DNA from: Octopus bimaculoides
Lineage: Eukaryota
Assembly: GCF_001194135.2 (NCBI RefSeq)
Contig: NC_069006.1
Coordinates: 17,447,520 to 17,488,423, forward strand
Length of the DNA: 40,904 bases
Reading direction: 5' to 3'
The notes below the pieces were generated by a model. That model was not told where the DNA came from. It saw only the letters and a program-made list of their open reading frames with translations, and did not search any database. Positions 36,259 to 40,904 of this stretch are shown piece by piece. The stretch's first letter is position 1; each line of letters starts with the position of its first letter. Position numbers and translations under genes: made by a program.

Positions 36259-36597
36259 TTCCTTCGTGACTAAGCATTAGAAAGACAGTTATGCTAATAT
36301 CTATGTAGTTTATATAATAACTATCATCAGCTTATCAGCATTTCCCATAAAGAACTGTATATTATTTTAGCACAATTATACTGTCTGTACCATCTGGTTT
36401 TACAGCAAACCCAGAACTGTTTGAATCTCTCTTTCTCTCTCTCTCCCTCTCTCTCTCCACTTCCATCATACTCTGGCTAGTTTTCTGTTTCTTTGATGGT
36501 TTTCTAACCCACCTACCTCCTACCTACCCTCTCAGCTAAAATGATTCTCCAAAAACATGATTTGCTTCTTCTGCAGAAATACCATTTCAGAAAGGAC

Positions 36598-36968
36598 AAA
36601 AAAATAAATAAATAAATAAAGAAAGAAAGAAAATAAAGAAATGTAATAATAAAGGACAAAATAAATAATAACAATAATAATAATAATAATAATAATAGTA
36701 AATGGATAAAGTAAAAAGAACGCTTTCCACCGCAACAACTATCACCACCACCACCACCACTACCACCACCGACAACAACAACAACAGCAGCAACAACCAA
36801 ATTAGTTTTGTCTTATTCAATATTTCTGCAGCTGCCAAAGGAAAGAAAGTGGCATCATAAAGTTTGTTGGAAACACTGCTTCAGTCCTTTCTCTTCCTCC
36901 TCCTACTACTATTGCTTTTGCTGCTGCTGCTACTACTACTACTACTACTACCACTACTACTACTACTA
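36598..36968. repeat. Run of simple repeats (AAAT, AAAG, AAT, CAC, CAA, CAG, CTG, CTA)
   Basis: Seen directly. Confidence 0.9.
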
Positions 36969-37587
36969 AATTCTTGAGTCTATGCAGTCATTGCTGAAAC
37001 TGGACTCTCTCTCTCTTCCCCTGAAACTTCTACAAATATTATCCATTCTTTCTTGACTGTGTCAGCATGGTGAAGTGGTGAGCAAAAAAAATGTCCTGCA
37101 GTATTTAGTTAATGTTCTTTTTATCATCTGAGTTCAAATCCTGCTATGGACAGGCCATTGTCTTTCATTCTTCCGGGGGGGGGGGGTTGATGAAATACCA
37201 GTTAAGTATCAGCAACCTCCCTACCCCATTCAAATTTGTGGTGTGTGTTTATGATTGAAAATCATTGTTAATGTATGACTGTGAATGTTTTTATTTATTT
37301 AGTTATGTGTGACTGTTTGGATTAAACAACCAACAAGTCTTCCCCTGTCCAGTCAGTGATTCACTTCAATAAATGTCAAGTGTTGTGTGCTATAGGGTTG
37401 GGGTGAAATATTGTGGGATACNNNNNNNNNNNNNNNNNNNNNNNNNNNNNNNNNNNNNNNNNNNNNNNNNNNNNNNNNNNNNNNNNNNNNNNNNNNNNNN
37501 NNNNNNNNNNNNNNNNNNNNNNNNNNNNNNNNNNNNNNNNNNNNNNNNNNNNNNNNNNNNNNNNNNNNNNNNNNNNNNNNNNNNNNN

Positions 37588-37987
37588 GGGGCAAGTTGAT
37601 TACACAGATCCCAGTGCTGAACTGGTACTTATTTTATCGACCCTGAAAGATGAAAGGCAAAGTCAATCTTGGCAGAATTTGAACACAGAACCTAAAGATG
37701 GATGAAATCCCCACAAGCATTTTGCCTGGCATGTTAACCCTTTCGTTACCAACCCGGCTGAAACCAGCTCTGGCTCTGAGTACAAATGTCTTGTTTTCAT
37801 AAGTTTTGAATTAAAATCTTCCACCAGACCTTAATCACAATTTATGTTCCTAACAATAGCTGAATGATAACCAAGTTATTTTACTAAATTCTTTGTTATA
37901 TTTAAAGTAATTGAAAGAAACACAGAGCATCTAAAAAAAAAAATACAGTAACGAAAGGGTTAAACAATTTTGCCAGCTCATTGCCTT
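37588..37987 (-). mobile_element. SINE family B split by the TTAA MITE
   Basis: B sequence runs to gcatgttaa (37737) and resumes at caattttgccagctc after 37963. Other B copies or fragments at ~19520-19635 (+), 22585-22875 (-), 34755-34945 (-) and 37075-37262 (+). Confidence 0.75.
37738..37959. mobile_element. piggyBac-type MITE (222 bp) with TTAA target duplication
   Basis: Perfect 12-bp TIRs CCCTTTCGTTAC (37738-37749) and GTAACGAAAGGG (37948-37959), flanked by TTAA at 37734-37737 and 37960-37963. No coding capacity. Confidence 0.85.
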
Positions 37988-38463
37988 ACAACAACTCATC
38001 TACATATTGCCTAAAATATCACCTGTTCATGGATTCTGTTGATTTCATACAGCTGGGAAGCAAGTGTGAAGCATGATTTCAATATTTGCTTGACTATTGT
38101 ACCTATTCATTGCTAGTATTAGTTTCTGAGTATGAATCTACCTAAAGTACTAACCTTCTGCTTTAACCCTGTTAACACCTGCTTGTTTGTAACTGGTCTG
38201 ATTGGATTCATTGTCTACATTTAAATTATAATCTCGAACAAAATCTCATTAATTATTACATGAGTGTGAAATTTCAATTGATCAGCCACTACCAGCAAAA
38301 TATATTCTTTTCACTATATAATATAGTTACAGATATTTCACTGAAATCCTTCCCCACAATCTGGATGTGTCAAGTGCATTGAATCATCATTCAGTATGAA
38401 AAATACATATCAATTGTGTTACAATATTAAGTAGTATGTTGAGTACTTGGTATGATGATAACA

Positions 38464-38620
38464 GGTACAGGCATGACTGTGTAGTTAAGAAGCTTCCTTC
38501 CAAGCCACATGGTTCCAGGTTCAGTCCCACTGCATGGCACCTTGGGCAAATGTCAGCCTCAGGCTGACCGAAGCTTTGTGAGTGGATTCAGTAGAAAGAA
38601 ACTGAAAGAAGTCCATCGTA
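38464..38620 (+). mobile_element. SINE family A, 5' half running into (TA)n and a gap
   Basis: ggttccaggttcagtcccactgcatggcaccttgggcaa..gaaactgaaagaagtcc. Confidence 0.8.
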
Positions 38621-38661
38621 TATATNNNNNNNNNNNNNNNNNNNNNNNNNNNNNNNNNNNN

Positions 38662-38699
<38 letters not shown>

Positions 38700-38704
<5 letters not shown>

Positions 38705-38960
38705 CAAAATGGGACAAGAACGCAAAACATCCAGACAGGTGATGCAAAAAAGGGACAACAAAACATCCAGATAGGCGATACAAAGAAAACAAGGATGGGT
38801 CATTCGGTGTTTTCTTTCCTCAATCGAGTTCCAGATTATCTTTGCAATTTCGGCTGGTTATACTTGAGATTGCTCCAATCTGGAGCAATCTCCTTAGTTT
38901 TACCAAGGAAAAACTAAGTTAACAGCATTAGATTCCTTGGAAGAAAGCAGCGAATATATA
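38700..38960. mobile_element. Unclassified repeat-like fragment with an internal duplication and twin hairpins
   Basis: Imperfect direct repeat gggacaa..caaaacatccaga.agg.gat.caaa (about 38711 and 38752), CpG retention, and two abutting inverted repeats. It resembles a repeat I associate with octopus DNA (unverified). Confidence 0.4.
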
Positions 38961-39604
38961 TATTTTTTCTAAACATAAAGTCAATTGTTCAATGTGTAAA
39001 GATATGGAATAAAGTGCTTTACTTGAAAACAAGCAAAGCTTGCCATCTGGAAGGGCATCCATGTCCACTCCTTGCCAGAATGGAGAATTATAGACAAAGG
39101 TGATGATGATGATGATTGTAGTCAGTGTTACTCTCATAACATTTGATTCCATCTCATTGTGTGTTTAGTTCAATCAATAACAAGTATTGTTGAAGTGAAT
39201 CCTCCTCCAGCTGACTTTTGTCTATTTAAATTGCAACTTCTCTTCCATTTACTTATTATTATGCAATCTGTAACAACCTCTTATTTACAAATCTTCTCAG
39301 TTCATACATTTATTCATGAACACATATGTACATGCATACTTATGCACATACATACATACATTTTCATATACATAGACATATATATGTCAGTGCATTTCCT
39401 GTGTAAATGCAAGGCATGCAATTCATGTCTAAAGATACATAAATGGATACAAATAACAATTAAAACTTGGATATAAATAAAGCTCTCATCTTTTTTTTAT
39501 ATAAGACAGCCGGAAAGAGGGTACGTATAAGATATATGTACATTGCATCAGTTATATTGCTTTGATGCTTTGACTTCAAAAATTACTTGCTGCCATCACT
39601 GTAT

Positions 39605-39875
39605 TGACCAGACTTTTGGATATTGCTATACATCATTGGTCACAATGCACTTACTTACACTGCTGTAGCTTTTGAATGATGCTACCCTGCTGGCTAGGTA
39701 GGCAGCCAACATTTCTCCCTGAATGGAATATCCATTCTGTTTCAGAGTTTATCCACTTACAGCTGAGTGGACTGGGGCAATGTGAAATGAAATGTTTTGT
39801 CTGAGAATGCTATGTACTGCTAGTCTGAGAATCGAAACCACGATCTTGTGATTGTGAGTGCATTGCCTTAACCTT
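39605..39875 (-). mobile_element. Family D head and centre with a different tail
   Basis: Shares cagctgagtggactgg.gcaatgtgaaat with the 27920 copy, but the distal part differs. Confidence 0.6.
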
Positions 39876-39923
39876 CATGTGTGTGTGTGTGTATTAATAA
39901 AGTGGGACACAGGAAAGTAAGCA

Positions 39924-40001
39924 GAGAGACTTGCTCAAGTGATGGAGGCAGCAGTAGCCCAGACAAATCTGAAAGAATTCTATAAGATCACCAAAAGACT
40001 T
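39924..40001 (+). mobile_element. RTE-type LINE ORF2 linker remnant
   Basis: Translates ERLAQVMEAAVAQTNLKEFYKITKRL*, resembling the LAxEAExAAxxGNLKELYxITKKL linker between the endonuclease and RT domains. Confidence 0.5.
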
Positions 40002-40133
40002 TGAGGAAATTATTGAGCCACTTCTAGTTGAAACTATTTCTGCTCTAAGGAACTGTGCACCCAGAGTTGAGTGTCAGTGTAACATCTTATAGCTTCCTCA
40101 GAGCCATTTGAATGTGATGTTTCTTTATTGCAG

Positions 40134-40196
40134 AAAGCATTTGCTTACACTATGGAGCATCAGTAAATTGAGTTCTAACAAGTGGTACTGCTCTGG
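40134..40196 (+). other. Candidate 63-nt symmetric (phase 2-2) exon
   Basis: Acceptor gtttctttattgcag and donor TGG/GTAAGC. One open frame, KHLLTLWSISKLSSNKWYCS. No homology recognised. Confidence 0.25.
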
Positions 40197-40904
40197 GTAA
40201 GCAGAGTCATAATAAATTATAAATATCCCAATTTGTTTTTTGTAAAGTATAACTGATTTTTTTTTTGTGTGTGTGATTGTTTTTTTTTTTTGGTATATGT
40301 GAATGGTGTGTGTCTCTGTGTGTGTGAGAGAGAAACACATACAGAGCAAAGATTTTTTATCAAATAACTCAATTTTATCTGAACCATAGCTTCCTGACTG
40401 GTTAAAAAACTTGACATTTTCATGGTCTACCTGCTGGTGATTAAATCTTACTTGATTAGCAAGCAATAATTAATTTCTGAATCTGAAAATTTTTCAGTCA
40501 GAAAATTATGATATTGTGTAATGTAATTAGTTGCTGGAGAAATATTGTTTTGTGGACTGCTGTCATTTAGCTAATTGGTAATTTATGGCTAACCTCCCAA
40601 ACTACATCATTTCTTTCTGTCAGATTCCCCACCCACACTTAGCATTCCCCTACTTACCACCACCACCATCATCATCACCATTGTTGTTGTTTATGATCAT
40701 TGTTATTATTATTATTGTTTATGATTATTATATATGGTTGCTGTTTATTTATTTTTTTTTGTGTAGATTATGTTATAGATGCAAGATTTACTAGATATCT
40801 CATTCATTGCTTTTGTGATTTGTCACTTCTGTTGATATCTGAAGAGATCTGTATTAAGTTAAGCTTATTCAGATGTGCGTGCGTATATATATATATATAT
40901 ATAT

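Noticed and set aside
9745-38620. Strand bias of SINE copies
   Set aside because: Roughly 2:1 towards minus by rough count, inflated by clusters; too weak to infer host gene direction.
20-40794. The ORF track as protein-coding genes
   Set aside because: Most ORFs are translations of microsatellites (YI, VC, HT, LSIY, poly-I, poly-L), span N-gaps or lie in SINEs. None resembles a protein family I recognise, apart from the LINE remnant within 17658-17996.

Overview
This is AT-rich eukaryotic genomic DNA, not prokaryotic. It has nine N-gaps, dense microsatellites and dozens of interspersed repeats. The repeat make-up looks to me like an octopus (coleoid cephalopod) draft assembly, which is inference from remembered repeat families rather than a database hit. 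I find no recognisable protein-coding gene: the ORF track is almost entirely microsatellite or gap artefact, and the only recognisable protein similarity is decayed non-LTR retrotransposon sequence (RTE-type and R4/Dong-type). The window is most simply intronic or intergenic. It holds three tRNA-headed SINE-like families (my labels A, B, D), an unclassified family C, RTE-type 3' tails, a TTAA-flanked piggyBac-type MITE family and a hAT-type MITE family. The best hidden signal is a type I hammerhead ribozyme on the minus strand (14986-15099). It has a complete catalytic core, the palindromic minimal helix III typical of Penelope-like elements, and a helix II loop expanded by a (TATAA)n microsatellite. 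Other leads are a ~99-nt hairpin at 18744-18842, an apparent CpG-retention boundary near 8 kb, a possible recursive splice site at 3093/3094, modular and nested SINEs, and a few low-confidence candidate exons. Repeat boundaries were aligned by eye and are approximate (about +/-10 nt).
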